Shown here: piece by piece, positions 1 to 11,903 of the stretch
Numbering within the stretch: position 1 is the first letter of the stretch
Layout: each line of letters begins with the position of its first letter
From: Mycolicibacterium smegmatis
Lineage (GTDB): Bacteria > Actinomycetota > Actinomycetes > Mycobacteriales > Mycobacteriaceae
DNA: 32,000 nucleotides
NCBI RefSeq assembly: GCF_001457595.1
Contig: NZ_LN831039.1
Location: 4,350,001 to 4,382,000, forward strand
Reading direction: 5' to 3'
Program-made: the position numbers and the translations under genes
Notes under the pieces: generated by a model
Told to the model about the DNA's origin: nothing
What the model saw: only the letters and a program-made list of their open reading frames with translations
Database searches by the model: none

Positions 1-564
1 CTAGGCGGCAGAGCGGTCGAGCTCGCGGATGGCGATGATGGGCAGTGCGATCATGCCGAGGGTCACCAGGCCGGCCAGGCCGTAGGCGCACCACGCCGCC
101 GTGCTGTGATCGGTGGCCAGCAGATAGGTGCCGAGGCCGATGACCGCGGTGGCCACGCCCAGCGCACAGGTCACCGACAGCACGAAGCGCAGCCACACCT
201 TCTCCACGAACGCGGTGGCCACGGCATCCTGCCGATAGGTCGGCGCGGTGTAGCCGACACGTCGCGGCGCGACGGGCTCACGGCGGGGCCCCTGGCTGCG
301 GGCGGGCGGGCGGCTGTCGGCCTGGGCCCGCGCACGCAGCAGCAGTGGGATCGCCGCGGCGATCACCAACACCGAGATCCCGATGACGGTGTACAGCAGC
401 CACGGCGTCTCGGTGGATTCCACGGCCTGTGTGTGGCCACGGCCGAGGTCGACGAGGGCCACCAGCGCCGCCACACCCGCTCCGAGCGCGGCCAGCCACG
501 CGACCGCGCAGGCTCCGGCCAGGATGCGGTCGGTGGTGTTCAGTTCGGCGAACGGGCTCGTCAT
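1..564 (-). CDS. DUF2561-like integral membrane protein, 187 aa
   Basis: Complete ORF (stop at 1-3, ATG at 564) with several hydrophobic segments (ILAGACAVAWLAALGAGVAALVALV, WLLYTVIGISVLVIAAAIPLLL); its ATG overlaps the stop codon of the upstream gene; position next to mmpS3/ctaF/ctaC matches the mycobacterial order. Confidence 0.7.
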   Translation of the reverse strand: MTSPFAELNTTDRILAGACAVAWLAALGAGVAALVALVDLGRGHTQAVESTETPWLLYTVIGISVLVIAAAIPLLLRARAQADSRPPARSQGPRREPVAPRRVGYTAPTYRQDAVATAFVEKVWLRFVLSVTCALGVATAVIGLGTYLLATDHSTAAWCAYGLAGLVTLGMIALPIIAIRELDRSAA

Positions 565-1457
565 CAGCAGGCAGTCTGCGCCGAGTTGTTGGCGTTGGAG
601 GACAGCACGGTTCCGTCACTCGCGGTGATCGAGCAGTTCAGCCGGCTCACCAAAAACAGGCTGGAGGCCTCGACCGATCCGACATCCGAGTTGGAGATGG
701 GCGTCATCGTGAAAGTCCATGGGATGTACACATTGCGCAGCGTACGGCGGTTACCGTTGCCATCCACGTAGGTGATGGTGATGATGTCGCCCGGCGCCTT
801 CGTACCGGTCACCGAGTAGGTGACCTGTCGCGGACCGGCCGGCGGCGTGGTCGTCGTGGCCGGCGGCGCGGTGGTGGTCGCGGGAGGCGGCGCGGGTTCC
901 TCCGAACTCGGCGGCGGCGCGGGGGCCGGCGGCGGCTCGGTGATCGTCACGGTCTCGGGCGGAGGCGGCGGTGGCGCCTCCTCTGACGGCGGAGGCGGCG
1001 GTGGCGGCTCGACCGGCGGCGGTGTGGTGGTGGTGATCTCGTCCTGCACCGGCGGCGCCGACGACGTCGTCGTGCTGGGCCGCGGCGTGGCCAGGTTGCT
1101 GGTCTGGTCGTCACGCGCGACGAGAAGCGCTACCGACGCCACGAGTGCGATGGCCGCGATGATGGCGGTGACACCGACCACCCACGGCCAGCGCGGCGGC
1201 GGACCCTCGACCAGCTCGGAGGCCGGGTCGTAGTTGTCGTAGTCATAGAGCGCCACGTCGGCAGGCACGTAGGGACCAGCGGTGTACTGTTCGGCCTCCG
1301 GCGCGGAGTACGCCTGGGAGTAGAACTCGGTCTCACCGGTCTCCGGGTCGGTACCGGACACCTGGGTGGGTTCCTCAGGTACAGCGTGCTTTCCGGGTGT
1401 CTGATCCGGCAGATCCGAACCATTTGCATCCGGTTCCGTGGGATTCGGCCCGCTCAT
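564..1457 (-). CDS. mmpS3: MmpS3-like membrane protein with acidic N-terminus, one TM helix, a Pro/Glu/Thr-rich linker and a C-terminal MmpS-like domain, 297 aa
   Basis: ORF with [27 protein letters not shown] helix, a long [24 protein letters not shown] tract, and a [41 protein letters not shown]-terminal domain typical of MmpS proteins; conserved position upstream of ctaF/ctaC. Confidence 0.8.
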   Translation of the reverse strand: MSGPNPTEPDANGSDLPDQTPGKHAVPEEPTQVSGTDPETGETEFYSQAYSAPEAEQYTAGPYVPADVALYDYDNYDPASELVEGPPPRWPWVVGVTAIIAAIALVASVALLVARDDQTSNLATPRPSTTTSSAPPVQDEITTTTPPPVEPPPPPPPSEEAPPPPPPETVTITEPPPAPAPPPSSEEPAPPPATTTAPPATTTTPPAGPRQVTYSVTGTKAPGDIITITYVDGNGNRRTLRNVYIPWTFTMTPISNSDVGSVEASSLFLVSRLNCSITASDGTVLSSNANNSAQTAC

Positions 1458-1632
1458 CTACGCCTATCCTTCTCGACTGCTTCACCGCCACCTGCGTCGG
1501 CCTCGGACCGCACACATTCGGCAGTGCCCCGGCAACATTACCCAACCGGCACCGCCGATGAGATCGACGGTGCCGGGTGTCGAGTGATTCGACGTCTTGA
1601 TTGTGACCTTGACCAGGCGGTAAGGCGAGGAC

Positions 1633-2064
<432 letters not shown>

Positions 2065-2071
2065 CTACCTA

Positions 2072-3139
<1,068 letters not shown>

Positions 3140-3256
3140 TCATGATTCGAGCGAATACTACGCAGCGTAGACCACCCGGTTGCAACCCAGCGCAGCGACC
3201 GGCGATTCGCTCGGGTGCTGCGCTGGGCAACGCCTTCGATCAGACATACTGGCGCG

Positions 3257-5233
3257 GTGTGTGGACTGCTTGCCCTGGTGACCGACCCGTCCCGAGCCGA
3301 CCAGGTCGAGGCGTCCCCCGGAACCGGATCTCAGCTGGTCAGCGCGGTCGCCGAGGCGGCCCATCTGATGCGCCACCGCGGGCCTGACGAGCCGGGAACC
3401 TGGCCCGATCCGGACGCCGAGAACCCCCACCCCGACGTGGTCCTCGGGTTCAACCGGCTGTCGATCATCGACATCGCCCACAGTCATCAGCCGCTGCGCT
3501 GGGGGCCAGCCGACGCCCCGGGGCGCTACCTGCTGGTCTTCAACGGCGAGATCTACAACTACCTGGAACTGCGCGAGCAGCTGCGCAGCGAGTTCGGTGC
3601 GCAATTTCACACCGACGGTGACAGCGAGGCCATCGTCGCGGCCTACCACCACTGGGGTGTCGACGCGCTGCACCGGCTGCGCGGCATGTTCGCGTTCGCG
3701 ATCTGGGACACCGAGAAGCGCGAGCTGTTCTGTGCGCGTGACCCGTTCGGCATCAAGCCGCTGTTCATGGCGACGGGGCCGGGCGGCACCGCTGTGGGCA
3801 GCGAGAAGAAGTGCCTGCTGGCCCTGGCCGACCGCCTGGGCCTGGATCTCGGTATCGACCAGCGGGCCGTGCAGCACTACACGGTGCTGCAGTACGTGCC
3901 CGAGCCCGAGACGCTGCACCGCGGCGTCCGCAGGCTCGAATCGGGCAGCTACGCGCGCATCCGCCCGGGCGCCGCACCCGAGGTGACGCGGTACTTCGTG
4001 CCGAAGTTCACGGCGGTGAACTTCGCCGCGGGCAGCGAGCAGGCCCGCTACGACGAGATCACCGCGGCGCTGGAGGATTCGGTCGCCAAGCACATGCGCG
4101 CCGACGTGACCGTCGGGGCGTTCTTGTCCGGCGGTATCGATTCGACGGCGATCGCGGCGCTGGCGATGCGGCACAACCCCCGTCTGATCACGTTCACCAC
4201 GGGCTTCGAGCGCGAGGGGTTCTCGGAGATCGATGTGGCCGTCGCGTCGGCCGAGGCGATCGGTGCGCGCCACGTCGCAAAGGTGGTCAGCCAGGCCGAG
4301 TTCGTCGAGGCGCTGCCGGAGATCGTCTGGTATCTCGACGAGCCGGTGGCCGACCCCGCGCTGGTGCCGCTGTTCTTCATCGCGCGCGAGGCCCGCAAGC
4401 ACGTCAAGGTGGTGCTCTCGGGTGAGGGTGCCGACGAGTTGTTCGGCGGTTACACCATCTACCGCGAGCCGCTGTCGCTGCGACCGTTCGACTATCTCCC
4501 CCGCCCGTTGCGCAAGTCGCTGGGCAAGGCGTCCAAGCCGCTGCCGGAGGGCATGCGCGGCAAGAGCCTGCTGCACCGCGGTTCGCTGACGCTCGAAGAG
4601 CGCTACTACGGCAACGCGCGCAGCTTCTCCGACGACCAGTTGCGCGCCGTGTTGCCGCAGTTCCGCCAGGAGTGGACGCACACCGACGTGACCGCGCCGG
4701 TGTACGCGGCGTCGCAGGGCTGGGACCCGGTGGCGCGCATGCAGCACATCGACCTGTTCACATGGCTGCGCGGCGACATCCTGGTCAAGGCCGACAAGAT
4801 GACGATGGCCAACTCGCTGGAACTGCGGGTGCCGTTCCTCGATCCCGAGGTGTTCGCGGTGGCTTCGCGTCTGCCGGTCGATCAGAAGATCACGCGGGCG
4901 ACGACCAAGTACGCGCTGCGCCGCGCGCTGGAGCCGATCGTGCCCGCACATGTGTTGCACCGCGCCAAGCTGGGATTCCCGGTGCCGATTCGACACTGGC
5001 TGCGCTCCGGTGAGCTCATGGACTGGGCGTATGCGCTGATCGGCTCGTCAGGTGCCGGCGAGCACGTGGACCTGGCGGCCGTGCGCACGATGCTCGACGA
5101 GCACCGCAACGGCGTCAGCGATCACAGCCGCAGGCTGTGGACCGTGCTGGTCTTCATGCTGTGGCACGCGATCTTCGTCGAGCACAGCGTCACGCCGCAG
5201 ATCAAGGAGCCGCATTACCCCGTGCAGCTGTAA
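3257..5233 (+). CDS. asnB: asparagine synthase (glutamine-hydrolysing), AsnB/LtsA type, 658 aa
   Basis: The ORF track opens at 3215, but the GTG at 3257 gives MCGLLAL..., exposing the catalytic N-terminal Cys of class II amidotransferases; RHRGPDEPG, FNGEIYNYLELR, FLSGGIDSTAIAAL (PP-loop) and VLSGEGADELFGGY motifs. Confidence 0.95.
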   Translation: MCGLLALVTDPSRADQVEASPGTGSQLVSAVAEAAHLMRHRGPDEPGTWPDPDAENPHPDVVLGFNRLSIIDIAHSHQPLRWGPADAPGRYLLVFNGEIYNYLELREQLRSEFGAQFHTDGDSEAIVAAYHHWGVDALHRLRGMFAFAIWDTEKRELFCARDPFGIKPLFMATGPGGTAVGSEKKCLLALADRLGLDLGIDQRAVQHYTVLQYVPEPETLHRGVRRLESGSYARIRPGAAPEVTRYFVPKFTAVNFAAGSEQARYDEITAALEDSVAKHMRADVTVGAFLSGGIDSTAIAALAMRHNPRLITFTTGFEREGFSEIDVAVASAEAIGARHVAKVVSQAEFVEALPEIVWYLDEPVADPALVPLFFIAREARKHVKVVLSGEGADELFGGYTIYREPLSLRPFDYLPRPLRKSLGKASKPLPEGMRGKSLLHRGSLTLEERYYGNARSFSDDQLRAVLPQFRQEWTHTDVTAPVYAASQGWDPVARMQHIDLFTWLRGDILVKADKMTMANSLELRVPFLDPEVFAVASRLPVDQKITRATTKYALRRALEPIVPAHVLHRAKLGFPVPIRHWLRSGELMDWAYALIGSSGAGEHVDLAAVRTMLDEHRNGVSDHSRRLWTVLVFMLWHAIFVEHSVTPQIKEPHYPVQL

Positions 5234-5254
5234 CCGCACGGGGACCGCGGGGCC

Positions 5255-6253
<999 letters not shown>

Positions 6254-6462
6254 TCACGTCGGCAGGTCGGCGCAGGTCGGCACAGCATTCAGGTCGCCGG
6301 GTCGTCGAGTCGCCCAGGTAAGGCTACCCGCGCCACCTGGCACGTTCAGCGCGCATTCACCTCGTACGTGCCCTGTTGTCCGTGCGCTAACCTGCGTATG
6401 ACCGTATGCCCGGTCACCGTAGACGGGTGACCGACGTCCAGATCACCCGGGGAGCATTTTTG

Positions 6463-7080
6463 ATGACTGGTTCCTACCAGTACCCCGAATCCGTTCCGCC
6501 GCAACAGTATCCGGAGCAGATTCCGTCCGCCTACCCCGGTATGCTGCCGCCGCCGGTGCCGTATCCGAAGCGGCGGCGCTGGCCGAAGATCCTCGCCGCG
6601 GTGCTCGCGGTCGCGGTGCTCGCCGGCGTGGTGGCCGCCGTGGTCCAAGTGACGCGCAGTTCGGGTTCGGAGCCCGGCGTGGTGACCGAGACGCAGGCGA
6701 AGGACGCGATCCAGGAGTATCTGTCGGCGCTGATCGACGCCGACGACGAGACCGTCGCCAAGCACACGATGTGTGGGCTGTTCGACGCGGTGCGTGACCG
6801 CAAGGCCGATCTGGCGGTGGCGAGTCTGGCGGGCGACACGTTCCGCAAGCAGTTCGGCCATGTCGAGGTGACCAGCATCGACAAGATCGTGCCGTGGTCG
6901 ACGACGCAGGCTCAGGTGCTGTTCACGATGCGCGTGGCGCCGGCGAGGAGTTCGTCACGGGGGCAGCGTCCGCCCGCCGAGGAGCAGCAGGGTGTGGCTC
7001 AGCTGCTGGTCGACAAGACCGACGGCGGCGACGACGTGCTGGTGTGCTCGTACGTCCTACGCACAGGCGGCCAGTACTAA
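6463..7080 (+). CDS. conserved membrane-anchored hypothetical protein, about 205 aa
   Basis: ORF track gives 6406..7080; the ATG at 6463 (MTGSYQYPESVPPQQYPEQIPSAYPG...) is my preferred start, a GTG at 6427 is an alternative. Pro-rich cytoplasmic tail, TM helix ILAAVLAVAVLAGVVAAVV, extracytoplasmic domain with paired Cys. Confidence 0.75.
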   Translation: MTGSYQYPESVPPQQYPEQIPSAYPGMLPPPVPYPKRRRWPKILAAVLAVAVLAGVVAAVVQVTRSSGSEPGVVTETQAKDAIQEYLSALIDADDETVAKHTMCGLFDAVRDRKADLAVASLAGDTFRKQFGHVEVTSIDKIVPWSTTQAQVLFTMRVAPARSSSRGQRPPAEEQQGVAQLLVDKTDGGDDVLVCSYVLRTGGQY

Positions 7081-7117
7081 GCAGTACCGGCCGCCCGTCC
7101 GAAGTGATGTCAGGTGA

Positions 7118-7474
7118 TCAGTTGAAGCTGTCGCCGCAGGCGCATGAGCCGGTGGCGTTGGGGTTGTCGATCGTGAAGCCCTGCTTCTCGATGGTGTCGA
7201 CGAAGTCGATCGTCGCGCCCTGCACGTACGGCGCGCTCATCCGGTCGACGGTCAGCGTCACGCCGCCGAACTCAGCGGTGAGGTCCCCGTCGAGGGTGCG
7301 GTCGTCGAAGAACAGGTTGTAGCGCAGACCGGCGCAACCACCCGGCTGGACGGCGATGCGCAGCGCGAGGTCGTCGCGGCCCTCCTGGTCCAGCAGCGCC
7401 TTGGCCTTGGCGGCGGCAGCGTCCGTCAGGGTGACACCGTGGGTTTCGGTGGCGGTCGCGTCCTGAACAGTCAT
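7118..7474 (-). CDS. HesB/IscA/ErpA-type iron-sulfur cluster insertion protein, 118 aa
   Basis: MTVQDATATETHGVTLTDAAAAKAKALLDQE..., GGCAGLRYNLFFDD and C-terminal GSCACGDSFN supply the three conserved Cys of A-type carriers. Confidence 0.92.
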   Translation of the reverse strand: MTVQDATATETHGVTLTDAAAAKAKALLDQEGRDDLALRIAVQPGGCAGLRYNLFFDDRTLDGDLTAEFGGVTLTVDRMSAPYVQGATIDFVDTIEKQGFTIDNPNATGSCACGDSFN

Positions 7475-7700
7475 TGCTCTCCCTCAACATCTGGGCATCC
7501 GGCGGGGCGGATACCTGAGTTCATCGAAACGCGTGGATCGCCCGCGCGTTCACTATGTCAACGGTACCTCGTTCTGCGGCTATTCCCGACTCATCCACAG
7601 GCTGAGGCAAGGTTTAGTGGGTCAAGACGGGCTCGCGCCCGGCGGCGGACGCTTTGGGCCGAGGACGGCAGCATGCGCCGAGGGCAGTAACCTGGCTGGC

Positions 7701-8387
7701 GTGAAACTGCTGGGCCGAAAGAACAACGACGACGACAAGAACGTCGCGAGCGACGCTGCGGATTCCGCCGTGGACGAGCAGAACGGCCCGGCCGCCGAGG
7801 ACCGCCCCCGCACCACCCCGCCCAAGGGCAGGCCGACACCCAAGCGCAGCGAGGCCGCCAAGCGCCGGGGCCCGGTCGCGCCGGCGCCGCTCACGGCGGC
7901 CGAGGCCCGTGCGCGCCGCAAGGAGATGCGCAAGACGCTCACCAAGGAGGAGCGCAAGGCCGAGAAGATCACCCGCCGCGCCGAGATGGCCGAGCGCCGC
8001 GAGCGCATGATGGCCGGCGAAGAGGCCTACCTGCTCCCCCGCGACCGTGGTCCGGTGCGCCGCTACGTGCGTGACATCGTCGACTCGCGCCGCAACATCC
8101 TCGGCCTGTTCATGCCCGCCGCTCTGGCGATGATCTTCTTCATGCTCGCGCTGCCGAACGTGCAGGCGCAGCAGGTGCTGTCCTACGCCATGCTGGCGCT
8201 GGTCGCGGTGATGGTGCTCGACGGCTTCTACCTGGGCCGCAAGGTCAACCGCATGGTCGACGCGAAGTTCCCCGACAACACCGAAAGTGGTTGGAAGCTG
8301 GGCTTTTACGCGTCGAGCCGGGCGTCGCAGCTGCGGCGGATGCGTGCCCCGCGCCCCATGGTCGAGCGCGGCGCCAAGATCGCCTGA
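7701..8387 (+). CDS. DUF3043-like integral membrane protein, about 228 aa
   Basis: ORF track opens at 7533, but the GTG at 7701 (MKLLGRKNNDDDKNVASDAADSAVDEQ) fits better. Charged N-terminus then two TM helices (NILGLFMPAALAMIFFMLALPNV, VLSYAMLALVAVMVLDGFYLG). Confidence 0.8.
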   Translation: MKLLGRKNNDDDKNVASDAADSAVDEQNGPAAEDRPRTTPPKGRPTPKRSEAAKRRGPVAPAPLTAAEARARRKEMRKTLTKEERKAEKITRRAEMAERRERMMAGEEAYLLPRDRGPVRRYVRDIVDSRRNILGLFMPAALAMIFFMLALPNVQAQQVLSYAMLALVAVMVLDGFYLGRKVNRMVDAKFPDNTESGWKLGFYASSRASQLRRMRAPRPMVERGAKIA

Positions 8388-8414
8388 TGCCCGCGTCGAA
8401 GCACACCTGACATC

Positions 8415-8954
8415 GTGCGCGTGCTCGTGCTCGGCGGAATCCGGTCCGGGAAATCGCAGTGGGCGGAGTCCGTCGCGCAGCAACTCGCCGGCGAGGGTGA
8501 GCGGGCACGCGTGCGCTACGTCGCGACCGGTCCCGTACCCGAGGGTGACGCCGACTGGGCGACGCGCGTCGAGGCGCACCAGGTGCGCCGCCCCGCACAC
8601 TGGCAGACCGTCGAGACCACCGACCTGCCCGCAACGCTGGCGGCCGCGCCGCACGTCGCGACGCTGGTCGACGACATCGGCGGGTGGCTGACGGCCACGA
8701 TGGACCGCCGTGACGCGTGGGCCGGTCATCCGGTGACCGGCGACATCACCGCGCTGGTCGATGCGGTGGCCGCGTTCCCCGCACCCCTGGTCATGGTGAG
8801 CCCCGAGGTGGGCCTGACGGTCGTGCCCGCGACCGCGGCCGGGCGGCGGTTCGCCGACGAACTCGGCACGGTCAACCAACGCCTCGCCGCGGTGTGCGAC
8901 CGCGTGGTGCTCGTGGTGGCAGGCCAGCCGGTAACCGTGAAGGAGCCGACATGA
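8415..8954 (+). CDS. cobU: adenosylcobinamide kinase / adenosylcobinamide-phosphate guanylyltransferase, 179 aa
   Basis: Walker [17 protein letters not shown]; RVRYVATG; [17 protein letters not shown]; [34 protein letters not shown] is characteristic of CobU/CobP. Confidence 0.95.
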   Translation: MRVLVLGGIRSGKSQWAESVAQQLAGEGERARVRYVATGPVPEGDADWATRVEAHQVRRPAHWQTVETTDLPATLAAAPHVATLVDDIGGWLTATMDRRDAWAGHPVTGDITALVDAVAAFPAPLVMVSPEVGLTVVPATAAGRRFADELGTVNQRLAAVCDRVVLVVAGQPVTVKEPT

Positions 8955-10006
8955 CCGATACGCAGGTCACCTTCGACAGCGTCGTCGCCCCGGATGCCGA
9001 TGCGGCCGCCGCGGCGCGCGACCGGCAGAAGCGCCTGACCAAACCGCCGGGCTCGCTCGGCCGCCTCGAGGAACTGTCGGTGTGGGTCGCGGCGTGCCAG
9101 GGCACGTGCCCGCCGCAGCCGCTGACGCGTCCCCGGATCGTGGTGTTCGCCGGTGACCACGGCGCCACGAAGTCCGGGGTGTCGGCGTTTCCCGCCGAGG
9201 TCACCGCGCAGATGGTGGCCAATTTCGACGCGGGCGGCGCGGCGATCAACGTGCTGGCCGACGCCGCGGGAGCCACGGTGCGCGTCGTCGACATCTGCGT
9301 CGACTGCGACGAACCGCTGTCCCCCGCGGTCGGCGCCCACAAGGTGCGCCGCGGTTCGGGCAACATCGCCGTCGAGGACGCGCTGAGTGCCGAGGAGGCC
9401 GCCGCCGCGGTCGACGCGGGCCGGCGCATCGCCGACGAGGAGGTCGACGCTGGTGCGGACCTGCTGATCCCAGGCGACATGGGCATCGGGAACACGACCG
9501 CCGCGACCACGCTGGTCGCGGCGCTCAGCGGTGCCGAACCGGTGGCCGTGGTCGGCCGTGGCACCGGTATCGACGACCAGGGCTGGATGCGCAAGACCAG
9601 CGCCGTGCGTGACGCGTTGTACCGCGCCCGCGGCGTCGTCGACGACCCGCTGGGGCTGCTGCGGGTGTGCGGCGGTGCCGATCTGGCGGCGATGGCCGGG
9701 TTCTGCGCGCAGGCCGCCGTGCGTCGCACGCCGGTGCTGCTCGACGGGCTCGTGGTGACGGCCGCCGCGCTGGTCGCCGACCGTCTCGCCCCCGGCGCGA
9801 GGGCCTGGTGGCAGGCCGGGCACAGGTCGACCGAACCCGCACACGCGCTCGCGCTCACGCAGTTGCAGCTCGAGCCGATCGTGGATCTGCAGATGCGGTT
9901 GGGTGAGGGCACCGGCGCGGCCGTCGCGCTGCCCGTCGTGCGCGCCGCGGTCGCCACGCTCACGTCGATGGCAACGTTCGACGAGGCCGGCATCTCGGAA
10001 TCGTGA
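8951..10006 (+). CDS. cobT: nicotinate-nucleotide--dimethylbenzimidazole phosphoribosyltransferase, 351 aa
   Basis: ATG at 8951 overlaps the cobU stop (ATGA). [75 protein letters not shown] are CobT signatures. Confidence 0.96.
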   Translation: MTDTQVTFDSVVAPDADAAAAARDRQKRLTKPPGSLGRLEELSVWVAACQGTCPPQPLTRPRIVVFAGDHGATKSGVSAFPAEVTAQMVANFDAGGAAINVLADAAGATVRVVDICVDCDEPLSPAVGAHKVRRGSGNIAVEDALSAEEAAAAVDAGRRIADEEVDAGADLLIPGDMGIGNTTAATTLVAALSGAEPVAVVGRGTGIDDQGWMRKTSAVRDALYRARGVVDDPLGLLRVCGGADLAAMAGFCAQAAVRRTPVLLDGLVVTAAALVADRLAPGARAWWQAGHRSTEPAHALALTQLQLEPIVDLQMRLGEGTGAAVALPVVRAAVATLTSMATFDEAGISES

Positions 10007-10025
10007 TCAGAGTCGTGAGGCGCTC

Positions 10026-10751
10026 GTGATCCGTTCAGTCGCAGGGGCTTTCGCGTTCGGCACGGTGCTGCCGGTCCGCGCCTCAACCGGGGTGGGTCGG
10101 GGCGCGCTCACCGCGCTGCCCCTTGTCGGCCTCGCGCTCGGCGCGCTGGCCGCGGCCGTGGTGTGGGCGGGCGGATGGGCCTTCGCGGCGGGCAGCCCCC
10201 TGCCGGGTGTGCTGGCGGTGGCGGTGCTGCTGCTCGCGACCCGTGGCCTGCACATCGACGGGTTCTGCGACACCGTCGACGGATTGGGCTGCTACGGCCC
10301 GCCCGAACGCGCCCTCGCGGTGATGCGCGACGGCTCCGCCGGACCGTTCGGCGTCGCCGCGGTGGTTGTCGTGATCGCGGTGCAGGCACTGACTTTCGCC
10401 GAGGCGGGTGTCCTCGCGGTCGTCACCGCGGTGGTGGCGGGCCGGGTCGCGGTGGTGGCCGCCTGCCGCCGTTCGGTGCCCGCGGCGGCGGGCAGCACAC
10501 TGGGCGCCGCGGTCGCGGGCAGCCAACCGCATCTGGTGGTGGCGGGCTGGATCGTGGCGCTGGCCGCGCTGGCGGTCTTCGCCTGCCCGCGCCCGTGGCA
10601 GGGCCCGCTCGCTGTGCTGGTCGCGATCGGCTGCGCGCTGGCGCTGGTCGCGCACTGCGTGCGCCGGTTCGGCGGCATCACAGGGGACGTGCTGGGCGCC
10701 GCCGTCGAGGTGACGACGACGCTGGCAGCGCTGGGCCTGGCGATCGGCTAG
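10026..10751 (+). CDS. cobS: adenosylcobinamide-GDP ribazoletransferase (cobalamin synthase), about 241 aa
   Basis: Polytopic membrane protein with the [35 protein letters not shown] CobS signature; likely start GTG 10026 (ORF track opens at 9903, inside cobT). Confidence 0.92.
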   Translation: MIRSVAGAFAFGTVLPVRASTGVGRGALTALPLVGLALGALAAAVVWAGGWAFAAGSPLPGVLAVAVLLLATRGLHIDGFCDTVDGLGCYGPPERALAVMRDGSAGPFGVAAVVVVIAVQALTFAEAGVLAVVTAVVAGRVAVVAACRRSVPAAAGSTLGAAVAGSQPHLVVAGWIVALAALAVFACPRPWQGPLAVLVAIGCALALVAHCVRRFGGITGDVLGAAVEVTTTLAALGLAIG

Positions 10752-11854
10752 TTCAGCCGGGCCATCCAGCCGTGGGTGTCGACGAACGTACCGCGCTGGA
10801 TCCCGGTCAGGGTGTCGCGCAGCGCCATGGTGATCTCACCTGGTTGGCCGTCGGCGATGGTGAACTCGCCGTCGTGGTGCTTGACGTGCGACACCGGAGT
10901 GATGACCGCGGCCGTGCCGCACGCGAACACCTCGGTGATCTCGCCCGCGCCAGCCTTCTTCTGCCACTCGTCGACGTCGATCTTGCGCTCCTCGACCGCG
11001 AAGCCCGCATCGGTTGCCAACTGCAGCAACGAGTCCCGCGTGATGCCCGGCAGCAACGAACCGGACAGCTCCGGGGTGACCAGGCGTGCCGAGCCTCCGC
11101 TGCCGAACACGAAGAACAGGTTCATGCCGCCCATCTCTTCGACGTAGCGGCGCTCGATCGCGTCGAGCCACACAACCTGATCGCAGCCCATCTCCGCGGC
11201 CTGCGCCTGCGCCAGCAGCGACGCCGCGTAGTTGCCGCCGAACTTGGCCGCACCGGTACCGCCGGGAGAGGCCCGCACGTACTCGTGCGACAGCCACACG
11301 CTCACGGGCTTGATGCCGCCCTTGAAGTAGGCGCCCGCTGGTGAGGCGATCAGCAGGTAGCGGTACTCATTGGACGGGCGCACACCCAGGCCGGGCTCCG
11401 TGGCGATGACGAAGGGCCGCAGGTAGAGCGACTCTTCACCACCGGCGGGCGGCACCCACTTCTCGTCGACCGCGATCAACTGGCGCAGCGACTCGATGAA
11501 CACCTCTTCGGGCAATTCGGGGATCGCGAGCCGGCGCGCCGAGGACTGCAGACGCGCCGCGTTGGCCTCGGGGCGGAACGACACGATGGAGCCGTCGGCC
11601 CAGCGGTAGGCCTTGAGACCCTCGAAGATCTCCTGGCCGTAGTGCAGCACGATGGCCGACGGATCCAGCTGGATCGGGCCGTACGGGATCACCTGCGCGT
11701 TGTGCCAGCCCTCGTCCACGGTGTAGTCGATCGACACCATGTGGTCGGTGTAGTACTTGCCGAAACCGGGGTTGGCGAGGATGGATTCGCGTACCGCATC
11801 GGTCGCCGGATTCGTGTTGGCAGAAACCGTGAACTCGAGCGGACCGCTATTCAT
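10748..11854 (-). CDS. ilvE: branched-chain amino acid aminotransferase, 368 aa
   Basis: [44 protein letters not shown]..., [55 protein letters not shown]; the ATG at 11854 is preferred over the longer ORF to 11989. Confidence 0.95.
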   Translation of the reverse strand: MNSGPLEFTVSANTNPATDAVRESILANPGFGKYYTDHMVSIDYTVDEGWHNAQVIPYGPIQLDPSAIVLHYGQEIFEGLKAYRWADGSIVSFRPEANAARLQSSARRLAIPELPEEVFIESLRQLIAVDEKWVPPAGGEESLYLRPFVIATEPGLGVRPSNEYRYLLIASPAGAYFKGGIKPVSVWLSHEYVRASPGGTGAAKFGGNYAASLLAQAQAAEMGCDQVVWLDAIERRYVEEMGGMNLFFVFGSGGSARLVTPELSGSLLPGITRDSLLQLATDAGFAVEERKIDVDEWQKKAGAGEITEVFACGTAAVITPVSHVKHHDGEFTIADGQPGEITMALRDTLTGIQRGTFVDTHGWMARLN

Positions 11855-11903
11855 AACGGCGATTGTATCGCCTGCATGCCAGCCATTTTTGCCAGGCGTG
11901 GAT

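Noticed and set aside
3158-4996. 612-aa minus-strand ORF antisense to asnB
   Set aside because: Low-complexity Arg/His/Gln-rich translation typical of the complement of a GC-rich gene; the plus strand has a full AsnB.
8388-8414. Possible cobalamin riboswitch before cobU
   Set aside because: Only 27 bp separate the genes, far too short, and no B12-box-like sequence was seen there.
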